Source: Utricularia gibba
Taxonomy: Eukaryota; Plantae; Magnoliophyta
Direction of reading: 5' to 3'
NCBI GenBank assembly: GCA_002189035.1
Contig: NEEC01000004.1
Coordinates: 5,208,001-5,272,000, forward strand
DNA length: 64,000 nt
In this document: positions 10,769 to 23,000 of the stretch, piece after piece
Position numbering within the stretch: position 1 is the stretch's first letter
How the letters are laid out: the number at the start of each line of letters is the position of its first letter
The notes under the pieces: model-generated
What the model saw: the letters and a program-made list of their open reading frames with translations, nothing else
What the model was told of the DNA's origin: nothing
Databases searched by the model: none
Made by a program: the position numbers and the translations under genes

Positions 10769-13466
10769 ATGTTGGATTTCAGGGCATGGAATCGGAGGAG
10801 GAGGTCTGCGGGGAAGAATCCGTTATCTGATAAGCCGAGAGAGGTACCAGCGACTGATACATATTTTATCACAAATTTGTCAGTCTGTTGATTCTTGAAC
10901 CGAGGATGCTTTGTATTTTAACATGATTTACAGGAAAAAGACATTAGAGTGCTGAATGAAAAGCTTTACCCAGCCTTGTCTAGATCACAAGTTGGAAATG
11001 TGGAGGAACTTGCCGCGGGTGCGTTGCTTGTTATTATAATGGAGTAGTTATGAGAGTCTTAGTAATTTACAATCTCAGATCTGAAAATATAGGTCTCGAG
11101 AAGAGCGCCACGGATGCATCCTTGAAAGAAGAACTTGAAAAGATGTTCGCGCAGAGGGCTGCTTCTGAGAAGAGAATGGGTGTTTTGGATGCAGAGGTGA
11201 AAGAGATGAGGGTATGCGGTGCAGCTGTGAGGACTTCAAAAGAGCTTGAGAAACTAAGGATTGGTTTGGAGGAGAATTTGCTGGATACGAGTAAGAAGAT
11301 AGCCACTTTAGACGCGGAAAATGATCAGCTCTGTAAGATTCTATTTGGGAAGGAAAGGGTGATTCAAGATTTAAGGAAACATAGAGATGCGCTACAGGCT
11401 GACTTTAATGCTCTTAAGTTGAGGCTTGAGTCATCTGAGAAACATACAGCTTCCCTGGAATATGAGAAGCTTGTACTTGAGAAGGAGCTTGAAATCCGGA
11501 ACAAAGAAACTGAATTTAGTCACCAAATGGCTGGTGTTGCTCAAAAAAAGTATCAGGAGAGTGTTAGAAAAATTTCAAAACTAGAAGGAGAGTGCCATAG
11601 GCTCCGTCTTCTTGTTGGTAAGAAGTTCCCTGGATCCACCATGCTGATTAAAATGAAGAGTGGAGTTGAAAAACCCGGAAAAGAACTGGTTCAAATCAGG
11701 AGAATGAAATCAGCTCCATCTCTTACAAGTTCAGCGCAATCCTATGTGAATGCTTCTCCTGAGGTGCAAAAGAAACAGATAAAACTCCTGACACAGCAGC
11801 TACGTGCACTGGAACAGAAGAACAGGAACCTCGAGGATACACTTACTAAGAGATCTAGGGAACTTGATCTCTCCAGGTCGATGTATGCTCCTACAGCATC
11901 CAGATTGTCACAGTCACATGGGAAAACTGCTGCAGAACCGGGTAAACGCTTGAAACTCATGCACGAGACTTCTTTAGCAGTCTTATCTGATGTTGGTAGT
12001 GATGACAAAGGAAGCACTGCTGAGTCTTGGGCTTCTGCTTTGATATCAGAGCTTGAATATTTCAAAAATGAAAAGCAACTGGGAGCATTATCCCACCACC
12101 ATACGAAAACATCGAACATGGATTCCATCGACGACTTGGCTGACGTGGAAAAATTCTCTAGTGATAAGAATGCTGTTGTCTCTGCTTCAGCATGCCCATT
12201 TAATGGAAATTCTCCTAGTGAAATAGAGTTGGTAACCAAGTTGCTGAAGAAGCTTTTGCACTACAGCCAACTTTCCAAGAGAAATCCTCATGAGTTATTA
12301 GAAGATCTGAAAGTTCTGCTGGAGAAAAATAGTGTCCCTTATGCAGAGAAGAGTGGAGAAGGATTCACATCAGAGGTCCATGTATCCATATGCAAGATTC
12401 TTAAGCTCCTGCAAGGACTAGGCATGCGATGCCGAGACGAAGGTGCTTCAGAATCATCCATGAATTCCGGCTGCATGGTTCGATTATTTCTATGGAAATA
12501 CGAAGAACTATCTTTCTTATTGGAACGATTCGAGCAAACCTGCAAAGCCTTGCTGACTGGAGCAGCTGATTTGGAGCATTTTGCCCATCAAGTGGCTTCT
12601 GATTTGGAATGGATGATAAGTCACTGTTTTTCACTTCATGATGCCTCAGACGTGACAGATTCAATCAAAAGCCATCTAAATTGTGAAGAATCAAGAGTTC
12701 ATATTGATCTTCAGGATAAAAATGTACCTTCTGTCTCCATAGTGTCTTCTGCAACAGGCCACCACATTTCTTCCTGTGCAGCTAATGCTGTAGAACAAGG
12801 AGCGACATCAAAAGCCGATGACCAGTCGAATACGATCGCCACAAGTGCAGAGCCTGGCGCAAGTCACTCCACTGTTGCTGAAGAGAAAACCATAGCCCCC
12901 GCAAATCAGATGAAGGTTGAGTTAGAAGAAGTGGGAGAAACATGCCATGAGCAACATGTACAACAAAAACAGTAAGAAACAACAACTCTACTCTTCATCG
13001 TCTATTTCGATTTTTCAATGACTTGTTTCGCCATTGCAGTGTGACAATCAAGGAAGTTCCAAAGGATGACAAACAACACAGAGAACAGCTAGTAGAAAAT
13101 GTAAGTTTTCAGGGATTTCAAGTAAACTGCATGGTACTCAAGTTTGATGCACACTCCCAACTTCAGATGCAGGATCCGGAGATCGTTGCAGCTCCAAGAA
13201 TACTTGAACGGGAAACTACCATAACTTCCAATCCCATTCCTGACCAAGCTGCCACCCCCTGCTTCCCATCTCCTGTAAAAATGGTTCGAAAGCAATCATC
13301 CCTGCTAGAAAAAATGCTTGCCGAAGATCGAGCAGATCTCCCGAGTCCACAAGACTCCAGTCCTTGCAAGAAAAATGCAGACAGAGGCATCTTCACCAAG
13401 TTATTTGGGCGACAAGTGAAAACTGGAGATAAGAAAGCCCTTATACCAAGCTTCTTCAGAATGTGA
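10769..13466 (+). CDS. Filament-like plant protein (DUF869, FPP7-like), multi-exon
   Basis: Coiled coil with LEKELEIRNKE, KISKLEGECHRLRLLVGKK.PG, ESWASALISELEYFK, RLFLWKYEELS; short first exon MLDFRAWNRRRRSAGK resembles FPP N-termini; exact exon bounds approximate. Confidence 0.85.
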
Positions 13467-13614
13467 ACAACCAAAGGATGTAATCTTTCAACTGTAGAGG
13501 GAAGGCATGTACACAAATGTTGTTATTCGAATCAATACATAATATTACATGATCTGTAAATCATCAAATGACTGTAAGCATAATCCACAGCAGCTTGCTC
13601 TCTCTTCTGCAAGC

Positions 13615-14780
13615 TCATAACATCCCATAATTCCCTGTTCCTTCAGTAAGTATCCTCAGAAACGGATTGATTACGCGGAGGCATACGAAGCAGTCGAGCG
13701 GTACTCGCAAACCCCATACCTTGATGGATTCGAGTTTTCGACATCTATTTACAAGAGCAACAAGCCCATCCTCTGTCACTTGGCGACATCCCCACAAGAC
13801 AAGGTTCTGGACAGAGCAAATACTCCTCAATACCAAGGAAGTCAAAGTTGATCCAGTTCAGGAAGCCAGATGGATTAAGGAACTTACCTTCAAGAAAGGA
13901 CAGTGAAACGAAATGGCGAAAAGGGATTCGTCTGTGATGAATGTAGCTCCAATGTTGAGGTGTTGAAGTGAACTGGCCTGTGACATCTGCAGTGGAAAAA
14001 TCAACATCTTAAAGCTAAAAAACCAGACATAGAAGCTGTTCTGTGCTTCTATAGAGCGCTGATATTTGTACCAGTTGGATGACTCCCTTGTCTGTAATTC
14101 CAGCTAACCCCAAAGAGACAATGAAACCAGATTTCTGGTACACTTTGCCTTGCACAATTGCTCTAGACCATCATCTGTAATTCGACAGCCCCATTTCGTC
14201 TTCGATCTGCAACCCGATACAAGCTAACAAACCTTGAGTTCTTGTATTTCACCAGAATGCAACAAGGGAGCATGAATCAAAAAACATTAGCCATCTCTGC
14301 AATTACTAACACAGCATTCAACTCAATTCACCTCATCTCAAACTCTATCTAGCACAGGTGTTAATCAAGGAAAGACAAAAACTACAGACTGTTTGCCTCA
14401 TCTTAAGGAGGAAAATTCAGATAGGCATAGAGAATAAAACCACAAAGAGCGTACATGTCAAGGTCCTTCAACCCATAAGCCAGCGAAACAAGTCTTATGG
14501 TGGACTCATCATCTGTTTTCCAACCGGAAAAACTCAATTTCTCTCTTCTTGCCCAGGATTCCTTCACTCCTTGCTTCCATTTCCGGCAAACCCCACTTGC
14601 CCTATAACAACAAGAAGCACATGCCTTGAACTTCGAAGTAAAGAAAACAGAGCTTTGACCTTTAACCAAGAATTGAAATTACTGGGCTATGTCTTTGAAG
14701 CTAATCATCAGAGTAAATATATGGGCGAGCAAATCAATAGGCAGCCTATCAATTTCTGCTTCATGGTCTTCTCCGCTCAT
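13615..14780 (-). CDS. F-box/LRR protein (At5g67140-like)
   Basis: EIDRLPIDLLAHIF F-box, SGVCRKWKQGVKES, WGCRITDDGL, WGCRQVTEDGLVALVNRCRKLESI; one base missing at ~14106-14111 (SLWG-LAGITD). Confidence 0.88.
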
Positions 14781-15304
14781 GGCTCCCAACACCTGAAACA
14801 CAGAAACTGGAAAAGAGAAGCAAAAAAGTAGAGAAATAGGGAGAAGGGTATCAATGGCTAGTGACGAAGGAAGAAGAAAACAAATAGCTCTAGAATCTAG
14901 AGTTAGAGAGATGATCACATGTGGCCATCTTCACGTCAACTTCCCTTTTCTTCCATTTTTTGGATTCTCGGATCAAAAGTCAGAATCTCTCAACAAAAAG
15001 TAAATGCAAAATTATTACATGAAATTCCACAAGGATCAAAATTATTCCCAACATGCTGATTCTTCTTCTATTGCAAGAACAGATCCTTGTTTTGAAGGAA
15101 TCTGAAATTCGAGTGGGATTCATCACGCGCGTGCCATAGTTTCCGCTATCCAGCGCGTAGGCCACGGCCGCCACAGGCAAACGGTGGCTTCCGTCCCGTT
15201 CCGTTAAATGTAACAGAAATTCTCGATTATTATAATTTACGATATATAAAAATACTGAAACGCAGAGGCGAGGTCAGCCATTTCAAGACGACAGAGATGC
15301 AGAG

Positions 15305-16651
15305 CTACACCCTTCTGAAAGGAAGGAATTCGCTGAGCCGGCGAGGCTTCAGACGAAGACAACATGGTGATGAGGGAGAAGAAGGAGAATGGCCTTTAGA
15401 CAATGCAGCCCTCATGGCTTCTGCTTTCATCTGCGAGCTTCTTAGCTTATTTGTTATCTTGTCCATTGCTGCAGACCTCTTCTTCTCCAAATTCATCTGT
15501 TTATCAACAAAAATACCACATTCTTGCTACTGCGCCATTTGGGTCTGTAATAAGAGCGATGTAAGAGTAATACGAACCTCAAGTTCCCTTACAGCAGCCT
15601 CGGCTTTAGCCTTCTGCAAGTTCTCCCAGGCAGTGATCTTGGCTTCCTCTCTTTGCAACCTGCGATCCATGTGAAATTTCAATCTTTGGAAAATGATGTG
15701 TGTGATCATCTCAAATTCATCAGAAAACAGTACTTGGAAGTGTTTCTTGATGCCTCAGAAGCAGCATTCCAAGACAAATTCAGACCCAGAACCTCGCCCG
15801 GTCCCTTGTTCATCTTCTCTCGTTTCCGTCTCCACGATGAATTCACTCCTTTATCAACCTGAACATCTCTGATCTCATCCTTGAACAAGCAGCCGCCTGT
15901 AGCGGAAGAAAAACCAGAGAAAGAAAGTCTTCCTCTTGGAGACGAAGTTGCACTTGCTGGACTCATTTGGGTTCCCACGTCTCTAGAGTAAGCAGACCTT
16001 TCTTCATCCTTGAATTTACTATCTGATCATGAAGGCAGGAGACTTCATTACACAAACATGATTAAAATACTTTTGTAGTAAAGTTGAAGTACCATGGGAA
16101 CAGGGGACCGAATTTTCAGCAAGCAAATCCGACAAACCAGTCAGGCTACTGCTTCGCACTATACCAATCTCAGAATTCGATGAATTATCAGACATTGCGG
16201 TGGTATGTTGAAGAGGTGGACCATCGGGAGCAATGGCGAATGATGAATTTGTTATGAAAACTCTGTCATCACCTCCGCTGCCAACAATCGCCGGCACGGC
16301 GGGCGAAAATTGGGACAGAAATTCTAGACCTGGGGGCGGAGCCAGGGGGCCACTTTTGGATTTTGGCCGAGTCTGCGGCTGGGAAGCGGCGGCTTTACCA
16401 GGATTGACGGCGGAGAGTGGGCTTGTGATCCATCTCTCAGCGTCGTCCCATTTTGAAGGCAAAACTCTGCCACTATTGAAAGGCATTAAAGCAGAAGAAC
16501 TTATCTGGCTCCGGGAAGTTCCGGGAACCGGAACTCTCTCGGAACTCCAAGATTTCGGCAGTTCGGCGCCGTTGAAATCACCGTATTCTGGGGTTCCTGG
16601 GCTGGTGTGGACGCCGGAATATCTCAATGACCCAGAATTCTTCCTCATCAT
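15305..16651 (-). CDS. Remorin (long N-terminus, group 5/6 type)
   Basis: SPGTPEYG, WSSERVP, GRVLPSKWDDAERWITSP, RDVQVDKGV, ITAWENLQKAKAEAAVRELE, LEKKRSAAMDKITNKLRSSQMKAEAMR (Remorin_C). Confidence 0.9.
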
Positions 16652-19222
16652 TACACGAATATCAACAACTCCTCCAAATGCTCGAAACAACCATTGCTAT
16701 TGGGAGAAGAGAATCCGCCATTTATTTCCTTCTGCAACCACTTGCCAGCAAATCAGCACACCCCCAAAATAAAATCCCCCAATTTGTGCAACGCTTTCTC
16801 CACCAAATCCGATTTCCTTCGCTCCAATCCACATACAAAAACGAAATGCAGCTTCTTTCAAGCAACTGTCCTTAGTTCCGTTTCATCCCCCAGATTCGTA
16901 CAGCTTCTACGCACAAACCTCATGACCCACAACCCAAAACCCCTACGAACACACACACAAAAAGTAAAAATAAAAAGCAAAACGTTCAACAATGACGGGG
17001 GAGACACCGAAGCCAGATTCTTCACAGAAGATGTGTGTGAACGAACAAGTCGACAAAGAGTCAGAAACAGCAATTTGACGAAGTAATTATGGACTGCACG
17101 CACAGAAGGGCGGCTGCGGCATCTGTTTCAATTTGCATTTATGAGACGTGAGCCCTGTCAGAGAAAAAATTGGTGAAACATTATCATAGAAAACAAGGAA
17201 AAAGCTTCAATCTTGCTGCCACTGGGTACCTCTCCAAGGCCTCCCCAAGAAACTTACCCCCACCACCAATTTGAACAAGAAGCAAAATCATTTGCTATCT
17301 TTCTCAGGAAAAATCCGGTACCTTTCATGGCAAAAAGATACTCGAAAATAACTCAACGAAAACTACATTCCATGTCCCTTCATTCACGCATTCCGGTGAA
17401 TCCACCGCATAAGATCATATCTTGCACGTGAGCAACTACAACATAACATGCTCCAAAATACGCATTTGCTGAGAACATAGGAGATATTTAGAAATTAATG
17501 AAGTTGGTAGTTGGTCGTCGTCTTTCTTTCTCTCTCTCCATATATATATTTTTTCTTTTGCCCTTGTGATGATAATTTCTCGTTCCACCGGCAAACCAGA
17601 GGGTGAAGTTCCGACTTCCGGTGGGTGTAAAATGAACAGAACACTGATTGGGTGTACGGGCTAGAATTGGACAGATGGGCCCCCATCAACGTGGATTTGG
17701 AAAGATACTACAAGCCCAGGCCCAAACCATGATCTTGGCCCATTTAACTCTCCACTAGTTAGAAGTAATGGGTAAAAATCGGAGGTTTTCGAGCCATCAT
17801 ATCACAACAGTTGGCGAACGTCTATTTGTTCCCTTCCCACATCCAACCACCGAACATGGATGTAAAACGCTGTCGATTTGTTAACTTTTTTCACAATGTT
17901 TTAAAATCAACGAGTTCAATTTATTCAAAAAATTTTAAAATATTATTGAGAATTATTGAATTCAATTCCATCTATTATAAAATATATTCATCCACCCATT
18001 CGGAATGATCGTCATGTGACAAGATGCTTCTAACAATTTTCTCCATCTTCCCTCGTCCCACGTATCGTGCTTGGACATAAGCGAACTAAAAGACAGAAGC
18101 ATCATCCTCGTCACTGTGTCCACACAAAAGCCAATAACTGATACCCCCTCCACCCACCATCACAAGTCTCCATTTTTATCAACCCAATGAATCAAAAGCA
18201 GTTTAAAAGTGATCTCGATGAATCCCCACGTCTGAGATCCCTGAAATCACTTACCCTTTTCAATTTACCCCCACCCAGAAGAGCAAGAGCTGTGTGAGGG
18301 AGACTCTCATTATGGAAGATGCCTACGAAGCCAATGGCACATGCGGAGGGGCCAGCCTCGTCTCCGCCTTGAATGTGGCCCACCACTAAAACAAATTCAT
18401 CAACCAGGACAAGAATGGACCGGACCACTAGTATCGCGTCCTCTTCCTCACCTTTATCCTCTTCTTCCCTTCATAAATCCAACTTCTTCTCTGTACTCTT
18501 CCTCTATCCCAGTCAAAAGATCATCACTGCCTTGTTTGCTTCTCAATGGCCTGCAACTTCTCAGCAAATGGAAGATTTATCCCTGTGGGTAGTGTGGTTT
18601 GTGCCTAAAGGTGGTAGTGTTTTGGAAGGGTGCATGTGAAAAAAGGAGGATGTGGATGTATATGGGGAGGTGGTCCAGGCTCCCAAGGCACTATCTTTAT
18701 TCTCAGCTCACATGGGGGACCGTTGCTTACACGGCAAGGTGTGTTTCTCTCACAGGAGGTGAAAATGGGTGAAAAGGAATTTCAACTTCCCCTAGTTTAC
18801 CTACTTGTTGACGCTTGAAAGTTCACTTCTACTGAGAAACAAAGCGATGTTGCTTGCACATAGAGGGCCAGTGGAGGTGTACTGTTGCTTCATGTGCAGT
18901 GGAGTAAATGCATGGAATAGGAAAAAGGGAAGAGAGGAAGAAGGGGATTTGTAGCTGGGGGATGTTGGAAAGGGAAACTGATTGGAATCAGCGCGGTTTC
19001 TGGGTTTCGGGGTTTGGGTGAAAGCACCCGTCCCATGGATCGGACCTGCCTGCTTTTGCGGCTCCCAAGTGGAAAAACCAAATCAGATAGAAATATTAAT
19101 ATACCGAATTTTCATTTCTCTGAATCACTTCCCAACAGATTTGTAGAACTAATCAGCAGCTTTTATTCATCTGGATGCTCATTAGAGAAGAAGATGGAGG
19201 ACGAGAGTGTGCTGGTTCTAAT

Positions 19223-20074
19223 TCATGGCTGCAAAGGAACCCACTCAAAGCGTCCTTCCATCGGTAAATCTTTCTCTATGTCGTAGTTGTACCTGTTTAG
19301 ACGTAAAGCGTCACAATCAAATGCTTGCGGAGTTAGAGGAGGATAGTTTTAGAGTGACTGAGTGAGTTCTACTTGTCAAGGAACTCCTTGCGGAGCTGTT
19401 TTTCAGCAGCAGCGGTAAATTCTTCTAGTTCTTCTTCAGAAGGCATTTTTATCTCTAGAGCACACTTGGATTTACGCGTCTCCGCCGCAAAGTCGGAGTC
19501 GGACACGGTGTCGCTTGGATGTATCGGCATTTGTCTTCTGCAAAAATGCGAGGATGTAGTGAATGCTCTAGAAATTTGACGGTTACTTGCGAAACTTGAT
19601 AGTAGAAAGAGTGATCGGATGATTGATTACCTCTCGCCGGAATCCACGGCAACGACCGCCGACATAGAGAGCAGATTGTCAGTAACCTCGTTCTCCTAAA
19701 AATCAATACGAAAATTCAAAGCAAAGGCAGTTGAATTTTCAGAAATTAAAGGAGAACTCCATTAAATGTAAAGGGCACACAGCAAGCAACGTGATCATCG
19801 GAAATTTTAAAAAATACTATACCTCCAGATCAACGAAGTCCTCAACTACGTCTCTACCTCCGTTACTTGAGCAACACGATGCCAAAACGCCGTCGCTTTC
19901 ACCGCTACAACTCTCCGATCGCGCCGACGAACCAGAGTCCTCCTCCTCCGCCGCTGATACGCGACGACTTTTCACCTGTGAAGACGTCGTCGTCGATTCC
20001 GATTCATCTTCTCCGGCTTTTCTCTTTCTCCCCGCCGCGGTCGCCGTAGCCGTCATTCCGGATTCCGATTCCAT
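19223..20074 (-). CDS. KRP: Cyclin-dependent kinase inhibitor (ICK/KRP family)
   Basis: Exon 1 with SCCSSNG and FVDLE; EEELEEFTAAAEKQLRKEFLD; last exon YNYDIEKDLPMEGRFEWVPLQP-stop (CDI domain). Start codon inferred. Confidence 0.9.
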
Positions 20075-23000
20075 CCCCACCGTCTGCTACAAGCCTGGAG
20101 TTCTCTTTCCTACGATCCGTGCGACGGCGAGAGCACAGAGAATGCTAGTACGGTTACGTAGTGTGGCGGAGATAGCCAGAGGAATGAACTGCTTTTCCGC
20201 CTGCTTTTTCTGCCACGAAAGTATTTTTTTTGCTGAAAATCGGAAAAGGCGAATGTCTCTCTGTGTGAGAGTGAGTGGTGACGGTGACGATGACTGAGAC
20301 CTTTATAGGCACTGAATCCGTTAACCCGTTTGCAGATTACGTGCTTTTCTCCGTTAACCCTGACGGAAAAATTTGAAAGCCTCCGTTACGCAGATCTACC
20401 GTGTCAGCGTAACTCTTTCCACTTATTACCATTCAATTCCAATAATTATCATAATTATCAGTGCTTTAAACTTAACCCACAAATACACCTGACCTAACAA
20501 GGGTTTATCAATTTTTTTAAAATCATTAAAAAAATCATAAATTCCTAATTCAGATCCAAAACCATTCAATCACAATTCATTCGTAATTTTATTGAATTTA
20601 ACTCAATCATTATCATGAACGATACTTGATTATTATTATTATTTTTTGAAGGAAAAATACCTCATACTTGATAAAAATACACTCTTCTAAAAATAGAAGA
20701 GTTCAAATTTACATAGAAGAATATATATTAAAACAAAAAAGTAAAGTCGCATGTGTCATAGTTACTTTACTATAATACCCTTTTAATATTATTAAATATT
20801 AAAAATCATAAACTTCACACGTGTTGACGTAATGAGGTGGACTGGGCTAGGTTAAGTTCATAGATGTTGGGAGCCATGGGTGCAACCCCATTGAATCTCA
20901 GGGCCACGCGTCGCCTATCCGTCAGACGTTTATTAATATTTTATAATTAATTTAACTCGTAGAAAAAATGTTATTAATTTTAATTGGCCCCATGAAATAT
21001 CTTGCTCAGATTGCATTTTATAAATGAAATTTAAAGGATATTTTAAAAAATCAAAATCCTATCGTATTTACAAATATTAATTAAATCAATTATTATTTCA
21101 TTTTTATTTTGAATCAAACACATCCATATCCTACGTGCCTCCTCTCGTATGGTGCGGTGGGTAGAATGGTAAATGGTGCCGTGCCCCGTACCGAAAAGAT
21201 GCTGCTTGCGATGGAATTGTAGCATATGGGAGCCTTTTTAATTCTGATGTTATAAAAATTAAATAAATCATATAAATCGGATTAAAAAAGAATAAGAAAA
21301 GGTGGGAGAGGACAATGGAGGAACGTGCGTGGTCCGAGAAAATAGCCGTTACTGCACAATGAGCCATGGCGATGCATGGGGATGGGTACTATTGTTTGAC
21401 ATCATCATTCATTGGGGCGGCCCACATGCACATGTGGGTCATATGGATGGCCCATCGTCCGGCCGCATGGTCCATGTGCATGCGCTTGATGTGTACATGA
21501 GCCGTGGGATGTCTCCATGAGCTTTGTGCCCAGCGCTCCACGCCATACAAGGATCCTCAATAAACAGCCGTGGGACGATAACTAGTAGTCTCTATGCTTC
21601 ACTAGATGCGAATTGTGGAAATTCAGAATACGATGGATTGGTGAACATATATGAATTTCAAATACATAAAAAATGTAAATCACAATAAAAAATAAGATAA
21701 TAATTTATAATTTTGTATATAATTTATTATTTTAATTTTTATTTTCGTATGTGATATTCCTTGTTTTAACTTATCCATTCATGTTGGCGGGCATGTTCCT
21801 TGAACCAGGGCTCAGTGCCATTTGTCTTTTGGGAAGAGGGATTCACCCCATCCAACCTCCTCCTGTCGTTTCTCTTCTGACCATTTGAAGTACCATTTGT
21901 CCATTCTTGTTATTACAGTGGTGGACAAATGTGCACAAGTTGAGCGCACAAGGACACGAAAGCACATCAGGCGTATTGAAGTTATAGACCCGGACGCATT
22001 TAGAAAATCTGCGTGCACCTTTTCTTACCAAGGAGGAGGACAGTGTTTATAAAATAGTTCAACAAGTGGATGTTAGAAATGTGGAATGGTTTCACTGACT
22101 CTTTCTGGGCGGCCCAAATAGGGAGCTTTCGTTTGTGGGGTTTATGGACTGGGCCTGAGAGCCGGCCGACAGGAGGGCGTTGGAGGATCCTCATGAGATC
22201 CAGAAACTCCAGTAGCAGATTTTAGATGAGAACACAGTTTTCGAAATGCAACACATTTTCAAATGCTGTTCCTCTTTGTCCTTGCAGAATAATGCAGGCC
22301 AAATGTAAAGAATCGTCGCAGATCCCATTCGGCTAGCCTGTCACCGAAGATGGTTGGCGACGATGGAGGTCTCGGTGAAACACGGCGGCTTCTCCTGGAT
22401 CCGGCGAGAGTTTGCTGGGAGGAACCCAGTGCTGCTTTGCAATCCGGCACGTACCCAGAAGCCGTCCAGATAACAACATACCATTCGTCCAGGCCATTGA
22501 TCTCAAGCTCCAAAGAAACGGCGTTCGTTTCAAATCACCGATTTTAACGGATACGTGCGCTTCCTACAAAAACCGAGAACCCCCTTCGTTTTTATAGTGG
22601 GGCAAGCAATGGGGCAGAGGGTACTGACGGTATTTCACATAGTAAATATCCCGTACCTGGTTGGCTTGCGCAGGCGGAGTCTAGCCGTTGGATTAAAGGT
22701 TCATCCAACGGTTGCATCACGATCGCTTAATTTCGGTTAAATTTTCAGAAATTTGATCATTTTACTAAAAATTTGCAAGAAATTTCAATTTCTAAATCAA
22801 TTTCGAAATTTAAAATTTTTTCCCAAATTCAGAAATTACCTTTTGCCGCATTTAATCCCGACCCGGGGAAAAGAAAGGTCCGCCCCGGATCCGACTCAAT
22901 CATTCAAATTACTAAAATAGAAACCATCCTTAGGCAGAAAGCTAAAAGCGAATATTTAATTTAAATTAATATATAGTCTTATGAAAAATTAATGACATGA

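Noticed and set aside
18040-19080. Short ORFs and a small tgcacat...atgtgca hairpin between remorin and KRP
   Set aside because: No recognisable protein motif, no conserved miRNA sequence seen, and the stem is too short for a MIR precursor.
16233-20297. Plus-strand ORFs 16233-16772 and 19731-20297
   Set aside because: Antisense shadows of the remorin and KRP exons.
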